From the NCBI GenBank assembly GCA_964599405.1, contig CAZRED010000001.1, positions 75,528-139,527 of the forward strand: a stretch of DNA of 64,000 nucleotides, written 5' to 3'. Under the pieces are notes generated by a model. The model ran no database searches. It was not told where the DNA came from and was given only the letters and a program-made list of their open reading frames with translations. Source of the stretch: an uncultured Candidatus Saccharibacteria bacterium. GTDB taxonomy: Bacteria > Patescibacteriota > UBA1384 > 2-12-FULL-50-11. This document shows, one piece after another, positions 37,900 to 47,299 of the stretch (positions within the stretch are counted from its first letter, which is position 1; every line of letters starts with the position of its first letter). The translations under genes were made by a program, and so were the position numbers.

Positions 37900-38983
37900 T
37901 TTGTGTCCTTTTCCTTTGCTTAATTATTATTCTTGCGTATGTCGCTTTGCCGTTGATGATAGCGCCTACATATTTTTTATGCTGTTCATCAAGATATGTT
38001 GGATTCCCTTGTATTAACGAGTCTGACTTCTCTCTCTTGTCTGCAAATAAGCCAATAATTTCAAACTGTTGGGGGTTATATTTATCTAGAAAAGTAATCG
38101 GAACACCCATTGCACCATTCCAATCCATAGGTACGTCTGCAAACTTAGAAACCTCTATCGCATCATAATTGTCGTATTTTGGATATTCTTCAGGCGTGTA
38201 TTTTTTATACAAGTCTACCTCCTCGTGACGCTTGGTGGTGTCAAGGTTTGTGAACCATACTATGCTTCCCATACTGATGTATTTGATGCCATTCTCGATT
38301 TTCTTTCTTGATTCGGTCGGGATATCGTAATCATCAGGAACTTGGAACCACTTTGTGCCACCATTATCATATCCAAGCCACATTTTATTTTCTTTAATAA
38401 GTTTGAAGGTCTCTTTATACGTGATGGCATTCTGGTTACCAAGAATCAAAAACTTTTTATCATATTCCATAAGCTGCGCCACATACTCGCGAAACAATGA
38501 AAACGGCGGGTTTGTCACTACGATATCGGCTTCTTTGAGCAGCTCTATACACTCATGACTTCTAAAATCACCGTTGCCTTGTAAGGACGATGAAGTATTT
38601 TTAGTGTGCTTTATAAGATTCTGAACATCACCCAAATCTACAGCGCCATCACCATCACTGTCAGGCACTTCGTTTACTTCGACTTTAAATGGTTGCTTAC
38701 CATCTGGCTTTAGACCCTCCATCTCGAAGATTGGCAACTGCGTTCCAGCAATAGGCGATTTAGTGTAGCTGGTGGCGATAAGTTTTTTTAAGCCCAAATG
38801 GTTAAAGCTGCTCGCAAAATACTTGAAAAAATTACTCTCATACGGATCGTCACAATTACAAAAAACAACCTTGCTGCGGAATTGATCTTTGTATCGCGTT
38901 AACTCTTTTTCGATATCAGCACGTTGTGTGTAAAACTCGTCCTTTTTCTGCAACTTTGCTGTATGTAAATTATTCTGCGCCAT
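37889..38983 (-). CDS. Adenine-specific methyltransferase, EcoRI family
   Basis: KDEFYT, CNCDDP, GDFRS, VTNPPFSLFREY, YDNYDAIEV, MGVPITFLDKY. Confidence 0.92.
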   Translation of the reverse strand: MAQNNLHTAKLQKKDEFYTQRADIEKELTRYKDQFRSKVVFCNCDDPYESNFFKYFASSFNHLGLKKLIATSYTKSPIAGTQLPIFEMEGLKPDGKQPFKVEVNEVPDSDGDGAVDLGDVQNLIKHTKNTSSSLQGNGDFRSHECIELLKEADIVVTNPPFSLFREYVAQLMEYDKKFLILGNQNAITYKETFKLIKENKMWLGYDNGGTKWFQVPDDYDIPTESRKKIENGIKYISMGSIVWFTNLDTTKRHEEVDLYKKYTPEEYPKYDNYDAIEVSKFADVPMDWNGAMGVPITFLDKYNPQQFEIIGLFADKREKSDSLIQGNPTYLDEQHKKYVGAIINGKATYARIIIKQRKRTQNEN

Positions 38984-39252
38984 TAAATTAGCCGGGTGTT
39001 TTTGAGCTTTGCTAGGTAGCTAAAGTCATCTTCTGATATTTTGGGCACAACATTGAACGTTATTTTCGTTTTTGATGTGTCGCTTATTGCACCGCCTAAT
39101 ACTACAAAGTATTTTATCTCTCCCTTAGCTTCTTTTGTTGATTCAACTTCTACCTCAACTTTTATCGCACCCCAAACTACACCGTTCTTAAGATTATTGA
39201 TAAGTTCGTTGGTGAGATTCTCAATGTAAGATGAAAGCTCAACTTTCTCCAT
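38983..39252 (-). CDS. Trypco2-like small protein
   Basis: VELSSYI...IKVEVEV...KGEIKYFVV-GG...KITFNV pattern. Confidence 0.55.
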   Translation of the reverse strand: MEKVELSSYIENLTNELINNLKNGVVWGAIKVEVEVESTKEAKGEIKYFVVLGGAISDTSKTKITFNVVPKISEDDFSYLAKLKNTRLI

Positions 39253-39296
39253 TTGCCAAATTCTACTCTTTTTAACCTGAAAAAGCCAGGTTTGGG

Positions 39297-39352
39297 GAAC
39301 AACCCACCCCGGGTGGGTTGTTCAGGGGCTATGGTCGCGCGGGACAGATTTG
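39297..39352 (-). other. tRNA 3'-end fragment plus hairpin (att-like scar)
   Basis: Minus strand CAAAT-CTGTC-CCGCGCG-A-CCA followed by the GAACAACCCACC/GGTGGGTTGTTC palindrome. Confidence 0.55.
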
Positions 39353-39408
39353 GTCACGGTAGATCGGGTAAATCAACTAATAACATTCTTGCATATGGAA
39401 GGGATTAA

Positions 39409-40131
39409 TTATCTTTTTTTGAATTTTTTACAATTGCAACCATCCGTTAAGCATTCTACAAAAAGAATATTTTTCCCCTTCATTACGAAATGAGCAGCTT
39501 TTGCATGACCGCAGTCACAGATAGCAAACAGACCCTTTTTCCTGCCGAATTCTACTACTTCCTCATTAGATACAACACCATAAGTTTTCGCGAAACTTCT
39601 TTCACTTCTAGAATTAATCTTCTTTGATGCGAGATATTCAACTTTTACCTCTATGCCGTTATCTATCCTGCTCTTTGTCATTCCGTAACCAGTAGCAACT
39701 TGTTTGTCTTCCAATGATTTATTTATCTTATTTAACTCTTGAAAAATCTTTTCGTACCGTGAACATGCCAAACCAAGATGGGAATACTCTATTTCGCTAG
39801 TAAAAAACCTGTGGATTGCCTTATTCCTGACATCATAGAGTTTATTCAGCTCGTCATATATTGATCGGGTGATAATTTTTTTCTCATATGCTAATTGATA
39901 AATTATCCTCTCTGACAAGTAATCGTTTCCTTCTTGAAAAATATATTTCTCAGTAATTCTGTTGGTTTTTTCTTCTAGCTGTTGCTCTAAAACTAGACAA
40001 ATCCGACACTGTGCTTCGACTAGAGAAGAATACAATACCAACCCCTCTATTAACGAGCCATTATCATAAGCCTTATTGAGCAGTAACCTTGTTGCAGCAA
40101 ATGCGGAAATAAAGTTTTCTAACTTTTTCAT
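39409..40131 (-). CDS. Hypothetical AT-rich protein; helical domain with RNKAIH (HEPN-like RxxxxH) and a C-terminal Cys/His cluster
   Basis: VRNKAIHRF; CDCGH...H...CLTDGCNC. Confidence 0.6.
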   Translation of the reverse strand: MKKLENFISAFAATRLLLNKAYDNGSLIEGLVLYSSLVEAQCRICLVLEQQLEEKTNRITEKYIFQEGNDYLSERIIYQLAYEKKIITRSIYDELNKLYDVRNKAIHRFFTSEIEYSHLGLACSRYEKIFQELNKINKSLEDKQVATGYGMTKSRIDNGIEVKVEYLASKKINSRSERSFAKTYGVVSNEEVVEFGRKKGLFAICDCGHAKAAHFVMKGKNILFVECLTDGCNCKKFKKR

Positions 40132-40154
40132 TTACCCAAGAGAAAGAGAGCTGG

Positions 40155-42107
40155 TTAGCTCTCTTTCTTGTCTTCTCCTTTATTTTCTTCTTTTGGTTCG
40201 TCCTCTTTTGGAGGTTGCTCGGCCGATCCGCCAGCTGGCGGAGTATCAGGCGAGGCCGGAGGGGTTTCCCCACCCTTTGGCTCGTCCTTAGTTTCAGAAT
40301 AGGCGGCGGATCCGACTTTTTGGAGGGCGGTGGAGAGTTTTTCGGCTTCCGCGCTAATTTTCTCTTTATCGTCACCAGGGAGGACGCCGCGAACGGCGGT
40401 GATAGCGTCTTCGACCTCCCGCTTGTCGTCCGGTTTTACTTTATCGCCCAAATCTTTCAGGGATTTTTCGGCGGTGTGGATGAGCCCTTCGGCCAAGTTG
40501 CGGGTTTCGACCAGCTCTTTTTTCTTAGCGTCGTCGGCCGCGTGTTTTTCGGCTTCGGCTTTCATCTTCTCTACTTCCTCATCCGACAGGCCGCTGGAAG
40601 CGGTGATGGTGATTTTCTGCTCTTTACCGGTGGCTTTGTCTTTAGCCGAGACGTTCAAGATGCCATTTGCATCAATGTCGAACGTAACCTCAACTTGCGG
40701 AACGCCTCGGGGAGCGGGCGGAATGCCGTCGAGCATAAATTTGCCGAGCGTCCGGTTGTCGCTGGCCATGGGCCGTTCGCCTTGGAGAACGTGGACTTCC
40801 ACCGAAGTCTGGTTGTCAGCGGCGGTGGAGAAGGTTTCGGTTTTGCTGGTGGGGATAGTGGTGTTGCGGGTAATCAGCGCCGTCATGACACCGCCGAGAG
40901 TTTCCAAGCCAAGAGTGAGCGGAGTAACGTCGAGCAGCAGAATATCTTTGACTTCGCCGGATAATACGCCGCCCTGGAGAGCCGCGCCAAGCGCTACCGC
41001 TTCGTCCGGGTTAACGCCTTTGCCTGGCTCTTTGCCAAAAACATCCTTTACGATTTGCTGAATTAACGGCATGCGGGTCATCCCACCGACAAGGATTACT
41101 TCGTCGACGTCGCCTTTGGAGAGCTTGGCGTCTTTGAGAGCCGCTTCGGCAATCGGACCGGTTTTTTTAATCAGGTCGCCGACGAGCGCTTCCAGTTTGG
41201 CTCGGCTTAAGTTCATTACTAAGTTCTTTGGACCGTCGGCATCAGCGGAGATAAACGGCAGGTTAATCTCGGATTCCTGGGTAGTGGAGAGCTCGATCTT
41301 GGCTTTTTCGGCTCCTTCTTTGATGCGCTGCATCGCCATAGCGTCACCACGTAGATCCACGCCTTCTTTAGTTTTAAATTCTTCGACAATCCAATCCATC
41401 AAGCGCAGGTCAATATCGTCACCGCCCAAGTGGGTGTCGCCGTTAGTGGAGAGTACTTCGAAGCTGGACTCGCCGTCGGCTTCGCCGACTTCTATAATGG
41501 TGATATCAAAGGTACCGCCACCGAAGTCATAAACAGCGATTTTTTGGTCTTTTTTGTCTTCTTTACCCAAGCCATAAGCCAGAGCGGCGGCAGTTGGTTC
41601 GTTGATAATGCGTTTAACCTCTAAACCAGCGATCTTACCGGCATCTTTAGTGGCTTGGCGCTGGGAGTCGGTAAAGTAAGCCGGGACGGTAATCACCGCT
41701 CCGTCAACTTTTTCGCCCAAGTAACTTTCGGCGTCAGCTTTAATTTTCGAGAGGATCATCGCCGAGACTTCTTGCGGAGAGTATTCGGCATCGCCCATCT
41801 TGACTTTGACGCCTTCGCCGCCTTTAACGATTTTGTACGGCATTAGCTTGATGTCGCGTTGAACTTCTTCGTCTTCAAACTTGCGGCCAATAAGGCGCTT
41901 AACCGAGTAAACGGTATTTTCCGGATTAGTAACGGCTTGGCGCTTGGCGAGTTGGCCAACGAGGCGTTCACCCTTTTTGTTAAACGCGACAATGGATGGA
42001 ATGAGGTTACCCCCTTCGGCAGAAGGGATCATTTTGGCTTTGCCGCCTTCCATAACGGCGACGGCTGAGTTGGTAGTTCCTAAGTCAATTCCGATGATTT
42101 TAGGCAT
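40155..42107 (-). CDS. dnaK: Chaperone DnaK
   Basis: [31 protein letters not shown]. Confidence 0.98.
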   Translation of the reverse strand: MPKIIGIDLGTTNSAVAVMEGGKAKMIPSAEGGNLIPSIVAFNKKGERLVGQLAKRQAVTNPENTVYSVKRLIGRKFEDEEVQRDIKLMPYKIVKGGEGVKVKMGDAEYSPQEVSAMILSKIKADAESYLGEKVDGAVITVPAYFTDSQRQATKDAGKIAGLEVKRIINEPTAAALAYGLGKEDKKDQKIAVYDFGGGTFDITIIEVGEADGESSFEVLSTNGDTHLGGDDIDLRLMDWIVEEFKTKEGVDLRGDAMAMQRIKEGAEKAKIELSTTQESEINLPFISADADGPKNLVMNLSRAKLEALVGDLIKKTGPIAEAALKDAKLSKGDVDEVILVGGMTRMPLIQQIVKDVFGKEPGKGVNPDEAVALGAALQGGVLSGEVKDILLLDVTPLTLGLETLGGVMTALITRNTTIPTSKTETFSTAADNQTSVEVHVLQGERPMASDNRTLGKFMLDGIPPAPRGVPQVEVTFDIDANGILNVSAKDKATGKEQKITITASSGLSDEEVEKMKAEAEKHAADDAKKKELVETRNLAEGLIHTAEKSLKDLGDKVKPDDKREVEDAITAVRGVLPGDDKEKISAEAEKLSTALQKVGSAAYSETKDEPKGGETPPASPDTPPAGGSAEQPPKEDEPKEENKGEDKKES

Positions 42108-42274
42108 TTGTACCCCTTGTGCCTAAGATTACCGAAGCTTTGCTTTGTATGATTTTTCCCATTTTTTGTATGCCTCCTTGAGATTTTGATTACCTAAAAA
42201 GTGTAAAGTTTCCTTTACATATTGTCAAGAAATAATGCTCTAGATAGTTGATTACTGTTTAATCACTTGCTAGT

Positions 42275-42841
42275 ATGCCGTCATATTCGCACGTTGGAAC
42301 ATTACTCATGAGCACACTACTACAACTTTCGGACGTTCTACGGGATCTCGTGAAGGAGAACCCACAAGCGTTTCCTTATGGTTACCCGAAATTCAATATA
42401 GGGTTTTCCAAAGTCGACGAAAACGTGATTCAGGAAGTGGACATTCCTAACCTGCGGGCGCCATATGTCTTGGCGGTGGATGAGCGCGGCACACTAACAA
42501 TGATCTTCCAGCCTGCGGCTATTAGGAGACTCATTGCGTTACAAGGAGCTGACCGCCTACTTAGGAACACTTCTTGCGACCTCCTCTGCCAGGTCTTTTT
42601 CCAAGCCAGGAAAGAGACAGACAGATTCCTCCGATGGAAGTACTGTTCGCTTAACCTCGTCCTTACTCCACTGTCCCAGCTCAAAGGAAAAGTGGGGCAT
42701 AAGATGTGTCACGTGCAAAACGTCCTAATCTGGAGAATGCATGATAGATGTGGCGCAACCAAGTTCGGTCGGGATAACTACGAAAGGGTTTTGCCGATAC
42801 TTTCGGAGTTGGCTGGCACGTCGAATTTCTCCCCCGCGTAA
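42275..42841 (+). CDS. Hypothetical protein inserted between grpE and dnaK
   Basis: Opposite strand to both neighbours; terminator CCCCGC-GTAA-GCGGGG at 42833-42853; start may be ATG 42308. Confidence 0.6.
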   Translation: MPSYSHVGTLLMSTLLQLSDVLRDLVKENPQAFPYGYPKFNIGFSKVDENVIQEVDIPNLRAPYVLAVDERGTLTMIFQPAAIRRLIALQGADRLLRNTSCDLLCQVFFQARKETDRFLRWKYCSLNLVLTPLSQLKGKVGHKMCHVQNVLIWRMHDRCGATKFGRDNYERVLPILSELAGTSNFSPA

Positions 42842-42853
42842 GCGGGGATTTTT

Positions 42854-43357
42854 CTACCCCTTAGAAACCCGAACTTTTGCCGGACGGAGAACTTTACCGT
42901 TTAGGAGCCAGCCGGCTTCGACTTCGTCGATAACATGGTCGGCCGGAATATCGGATTCTTCATGGGAAATTGCTTCGTGCAGCTCTGGATCGAATTCGGC
43001 GCCTTTAGCCTGGATACGCTGCAAGCCCATTTCGGCCAAGGCGGATTCAAGTTGCTTTTCAATCTGCTGAAGGCCAGAAATATAGCTCAATAGTTTTTTG
43101 AAATCGTCTTCGGTGATTTTTTCAAAATCTTCAGCCGAAATTGCCGGGGCGTGGGTACTGGCGCGGTAGAAATTATCAAAAATTGGGAAGAGCTTGGCAA
43201 TAGCTTCCGTCTGTGACCGTTCGGAAATTGCCTGCCGCTCACTGTCAAAACGTTTCCGGGAATTATCCAACTCAGCCGCCAAACGCAGCTTGTCGGCAAT
43301 CGCCACTTCCAATTCGGTTTCTAATTTAGATTTTTTATCAGGTTTCTTGGCAGTCAT
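42854..43357 (-). CDS. grpE: Nucleotide exchange factor GrpE
   Basis: LRLAAELDNSRKR, FDPELHEA, GWLLNGKVLRPAKVRV. Confidence 0.93.
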   Translation of the reverse strand: MTAKKPDKKSKLETELEVAIADKLRLAAELDNSRKRFDSERQAISERSQTEAIAKLFPIFDNFYRASTHAPAISAEDFEKITEDDFKKLLSYISGLQQIEKQLESALAEMGLQRIQAKGAEFDPELHEAISHEESDIPADHVIDEVEAGWLLNGKVLRPAKVRVSKG

Positions 43358-43486
43358 TACGAACGTCATTGTACTAATACTCATAAAAACAATCCAGCCC
43401 TCGAGGGCATTGTATATGTTCTAACATATATTCTAATTTGAACGGATTTTGCGGTTTTAAGCACAGTATATTAAGGTAGTTCAGTA

Positions 43487-44665
43487 ATGAAGCTATGGAC
43501 GCCATCGCGGCAGTTTGTGTGGTTTTGGCTGGCTCTAATTGTTGGCGCCGTGATCGGCCGTTACTTCCAATTTCCGGCTGTCACCCTAGCCTGGATTGGC
43601 GGACTGTGGCTGTTGGTATTTATTAGCGGGCAGGTTTGGAAGATAGAATTTTTGGCATTATCGCTAACCGGGCTGATTGCCGGGGTACTGCTGTGGCAAG
43701 TGACCGGCGGGGAAAGCTGGTTGCGTTTGGAATTTCTGACAAAATTCCAAACCGTGCTGGTAGGCGTGCGCGACAGCATAGTTGAACGGATTTTCCTGGC
43801 TCTGCCCGAGCCACACGGCTCGCTGTTAGCCGGAATACTGCTGGGCAATCGAGTAAAACTGGATCGGGATTTGCTGGAAGTATTCCGACTAGTTGGCTTG
43901 AGCCATATTATCGCCGTTTCTGGCTACAATCTGACAATTTTGACCGCCAACATCCGCAGCATTCTGCGCCCAGCGTTGGGACGAAAGCTAACTCTGGCGG
44001 TGGCGGCAATTGCCGTAGTCAGTTTCGTGTTGCTGTCCGGCGCGCCGCCGTCAATTATCCGGGCAGCGGTGATGGCTGGAATATTATTGTGGGGCGAATA
44101 TTTGGGCCGCCCGCAACGCTCGCTCGGCGCATTAGCGCTAGCCGCCGGAGTAATTGTGCTGTTCCAGCCGAAAATTATCTTTGATGTTGGCTTTCAACTG
44201 TCGATTGCCGCTACCTACGGGCTAATTCGCTTAGCACCAGTAATTACCAGCGCCCTGGAGCGCTTCAAAATGCCGCAGTGGCTGAAATTAATTTTGGGCG
44301 AAACATTGGCGGCGACAATTATGACCGCGCCGCTGATTATGGCGGTGTTTGAACGCCTGGCCATCGTCTCGCCCCTTTCCAATATTTTGGTTGTGCCACT
44401 AATCCCCCTATTAATGGCGCTGGGAATTGGCTCGGTGGTATTGCTGTTTATTGTGCCGCCAATCGGCAAACTGGCCGTACTGCTGTGCTGGCCGATTTTG
44501 CACTGGATAATTTTAGTTGGACAAACCCTATCTGGCTGGCACTTCTCCAGCACCAACGTGACACTATCGGCTATTTTGAGCGGAGCGATCATGCTGGCGT
44601 TTTTCATTGGCGCGGAAGTGCTGCATAACCGCCTCCAAAAACAAGAAAAAGCCGTTGTGATATGA
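43487..44665 (+). CDS. comEC: ComEC/Rec2 competence channel domain
   Basis: GLSHIIAVSGYN, PSIIRAAVM, DVGFQLS. Confidence 0.92.
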   Translation: MKLWTPSRQFVWFWLALIVGAVIGRYFQFPAVTLAWIGGLWLLVFISGQVWKIEFLALSLTGLIAGVLLWQVTGGESWLRLEFLTKFQTVLVGVRDSIVERIFLALPEPHGSLLAGILLGNRVKLDRDLLEVFRLVGLSHIIAVSGYNLTILTANIRSILRPALGRKLTLAVAAIAVVSFVLLSGAPPSIIRAAVMAGILLWGEYLGRPQRSLGALALAAGVIVLFQPKIIFDVGFQLSIAATYGLIRLAPVITSALERFKMPQWLKLILGETLAATIMTAPLIMAVFERLAIVSPLSNILVVPLIPLLMALGIGSVVLLFIVPPIGKLAVLLCWPILHWIILVGQTLSGWHFSSTNVTLSAILSGAIMLAFFIGAEVLHNRLQKQEKAVVI

Positions 44666-45525
44666 GGGGCACAGGAGGACGGTTTTTAGGATTGTTGGTG
44701 CTGCTGGGATTAATTGTATTCGGCGTTAATTCTTTCAACGCTGAAACCAACAGTACTAATTTACGACTGTACTTTTTCGACATCGGCCAGGGCGACACAA
44801 TTTTTATGGACACACCAAGTCATTTTCAGGTGCTAGTGGATGGCGGGCCGAACAATGAAGTAGTTAGCGAACTATCGAAAGTGATGCCAATTGGTGACAC
44901 AACGCTGGATTTAGTTGTAGTAACACACAACCACGCCGACCATATTGGCGGGCTGGTGGATGTGTTGCGTCACTACGATGTGGCGGAAATTTGGATTTCT
45001 GGAGCGATTCACACCACCGAAGGATTTCAGGAAATGCTGGAACTGATTCGCGACCGCGGCGTCAAAGTAACGGTGGTGACAGCCGGCCAAACCGTGGCGC
45101 AAGACGGCCTGGAGGGGATCGCGCTGTTTCCGCTAACTAACCAAACTGGTTTATCGCCAGAGAACCAGCATGATTCCAGCCTGGTAACCTACTGGCAGTA
45201 CGGGACTAACTCCTGGCTACTGACCGGGGATGCCGAAACCGAACATGAAACGCAGATGTTGGCGCGCGGGCTAATAAAGCCGGTAACAATTTTGAAAATT
45301 GGCCATCACGGCAGTAACACCAGCACCAGCGAAGAGCTACTGAAAGCCGCCCAACCAAAGTACGCGGTAATTTCGCTGGGGGAAAACAATCGCTACGGCC
45401 ACCCGCACCAGGTAACTTTAGACAAACTAGCGACGTTCGGTATCCCGGTGCTACGAACTGACCAGGCCGGAACAATCCGCTTTGATTTTTCGCTAACTGA
45501 CTATACCTACCGCAGCGCAAAGTGA
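44662..45525 (+). CDS. ComEC-type MBL-fold hydrolase encoded as a separate gene
   Basis: DIGQGD, THNHADHIGG, LLTGDAE, KIGHHGS, NRYGHP. Confidence 0.92.
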   Translation: MRGTGGRFLGLLVLLGLIVFGVNSFNAETNSTNLRLYFFDIGQGDTIFMDTPSHFQVLVDGGPNNEVVSELSKVMPIGDTTLDLVVVTHNHADHIGGLVDVLRHYDVAEIWISGAIHTTEGFQEMLELIRDRGVKVTVVTAGQTVAQDGLEGIALFPLTNQTGLSPENQHDSSLVTYWQYGTNSWLLTGDAETEHETQMLARGLIKPVTILKIGHHGSNTSTSEELLKAAQPKYAVISLGENNRYGHPHQVTLDKLATFGIPVLRTDQAGTIRFDFSLTDYTYRSAK

Positions 45526-45559
45526 CCCTGTTGCATCCGTATACGTTTAAACATATATT

Positions 45560-45922
45560 GTGCCCATGGCGCGGAGAAAATCTGTTCAGATAGGTGAGGG
45601 TGAGAAATTTGAAACTGTCCGGGTGGGCGGGCCTAAAAAATACTTCAACAAAATCGTCAAACGAGTGGGCTGGGGAAAAACCAAGTATTCTTATATTTCC
45701 ATCTCCGCACCGTGGTATAAAGCCGCCATCAACGAAGTAAGATCCGCCCGGCACAAAAAGCGCATATCGCAAAAACAATTGGCAACATTGTTGGGATCAA
45801 CCCAATCGGAAATATCGCGTTTTGAAAATGGCAAGAGCAACCCGACAGTAGAGTTTTTGGACCGGTTGATGGCAACGTTGGATTTGGAGCTGAAAATCTG
45901 GGCCAAAAAGCCCAAGAAGTGA
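45560..45922 (+). CDS. XRE-family HTH transcriptional regulator
   Basis: ISQKQLATLLGSTQSEISRFENGKSNPTVEFL. Confidence 0.85.
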   Translation: MPMARRKSVQIGEGEKFETVRVGGPKKYFNKIVKRVGWGKTKYSYISISAPWYKAAINEVRSARHKKRISQKQLATLLGSTQSEISRFENGKSNPTVEFLDRLMATLDLELKIWAKKPKK

Positions 45923-46005
45923 ATATATACTAGAACATATACGGTGACCTAGAAAAACTGGATATTGTTTTGTTTATTGGTATCAGAGAGTAAAATTGAG
46001 TAACT

Positions 46006-46734
46006 ATGTCAGGTCACAGTAAGTGGGCGTCGATAAAGCGGCAGAAAGGCGTGGCGGATCAGAAACGCGGGGCGCTGTTTGCGAAATTGGCTAGCGCGAT
46101 TACGATTGCTGCCCGAAGTGGGGTGGATCCGGAGATGAACTTTCAGCTACGCATTGTTATCGACAAGGCCAAGACGGCCAACATGCCGAAAGATAATATC
46201 GAACGAGCGGTTGAACGAGCCAGTGGAGCCGGTGGGGCGGCGATGGAAGAAGTGATGTTTGAGGCTTACGGCCCGGGGGGAACGGCCTTTTTGATTGAAA
46301 CGGCTACTGATAACCATAACCGGACAGTTGGGGAAATTAAGGCAGTATTAAATAGAAACAACGGTAAGTTGGCCGAAAACGGATCGGTGGCGTATTTATT
46401 CAAAAAGTTCGGGCAGATTATTTTTGAAAAGCTCAATCCGGACGAAGTAGAGTTAGCGGCGATTGATGCGGGAGCCGTGGAAGTTGAGCACGATAGCGGA
46501 CAAGTTTTTATCTATACCGACCCGAAAGAGTTGGAGGCGGTGCGGAAGAATTTGGAAAAACTCGGTTTTGTTTCGCACGATATTGGTTTTGAGTGGCAAC
46601 CGACCCTCTCCGTACCGATTGCCGACAAGAAAACCGCTCAAAAAGTGCTACATCTGGCTGAAGCGCTGGACGATTTGGAAGATATCACCCGCGTTTCGGG
46701 GAACTTCAGCATTGCCGAAAGTCTGCTAGAGTAG
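46006..46734 (+). CDS. yebC: YebC/PmpR family protein
   Basis: MSGHSKW, EAYGPGG, TDNHNRT. Confidence 0.95.
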   Translation: MSGHSKWASIKRQKGVADQKRGALFAKLASAITIAARSGVDPEMNFQLRIVIDKAKTANMPKDNIERAVERASGAGGAAMEEVMFEAYGPGGTAFLIETATDNHNRTVGEIKAVLNRNNGKLAENGSVAYLFKKFGQIIFEKLNPDEVELAAIDAGAVEVEHDSGQVFIYTDPKELEAVRKNLEKLGFVSHDIGFEWQPTLSVPIADKKTAQKVLHLAEALDDLEDITRVSGNFSIAESLLE

Positions 46735-46741
46735 TCAGACG

Positions 46742-47215
46742 ATGGAGGGCAAACGAATACTAGGCATTGATCCGGGTTCGGGCCGAGTGGGGCACGGACT
46801 GATTGAAATTATTGATGGCCACGCCCAGCTGATTGGCCATGGCTGTATTGAAACCACCAAAAATGCTCCCGAGCCGCAGAAACTTTCCCAAATCTATGAA
46901 GAAGTCTCGAAATTGGTCAAAGAAATTAAGCCAGATTTGATGGCGATTGAGATGTTGTTTTTTGCCCGCAATGTCACCACCGCCTTTTCAGTCGGCCAAG
47001 CCCGCGGAGTGATATTGTTAGTCGCCCAACAGTCAAATGTTGAGGTGGTGGAAATCGCGCCACTGCGGCTGAAAAAAGTGCTGCTGGGCAACGGCAACTC
47101 TAAGAAAAAAGACGTTCAGCGTTTCGTTCGCAGCTACTTTGGCATTAGCGAAGATCGCAAGCTTGGCGACGACGCCGCCGACGCCATTGCCATTGCCTTA
47201 AGCCAAACGTTTTAA
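46742..47215 (+). CDS. ruvC: Holliday junction resolvase RuvC
   Basis: ILGIDPG, IEMLFF, GQARGV, DDAADAIAIA. Confidence 0.95.
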   Translation: MEGKRILGIDPGSGRVGHGLIEIIDGHAQLIGHGCIETTKNAPEPQKLSQIYEEVSKLVKEIKPDLMAIEMLFFARNVTTAFSVGQARGVILLVAQQSNVEVVEIAPLRLKKVLLGNGNSKKKDVQRFVRSYFGISEDRKLGDDAADAIAIALSQTF

Positions 47216-47299
47216 TTTTGCGTTTGGGATTGATAGTTCGCGCCAAAAACCGTACAATTAACCGGCATTTTAGACCGTAAAAAACGGAGTACGAAAACC

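Noticed and set aside
40215-41532. Long + strand ORFs (249, 243, 153 aa)
   Set aside because: Antisense shadows of dnaK.
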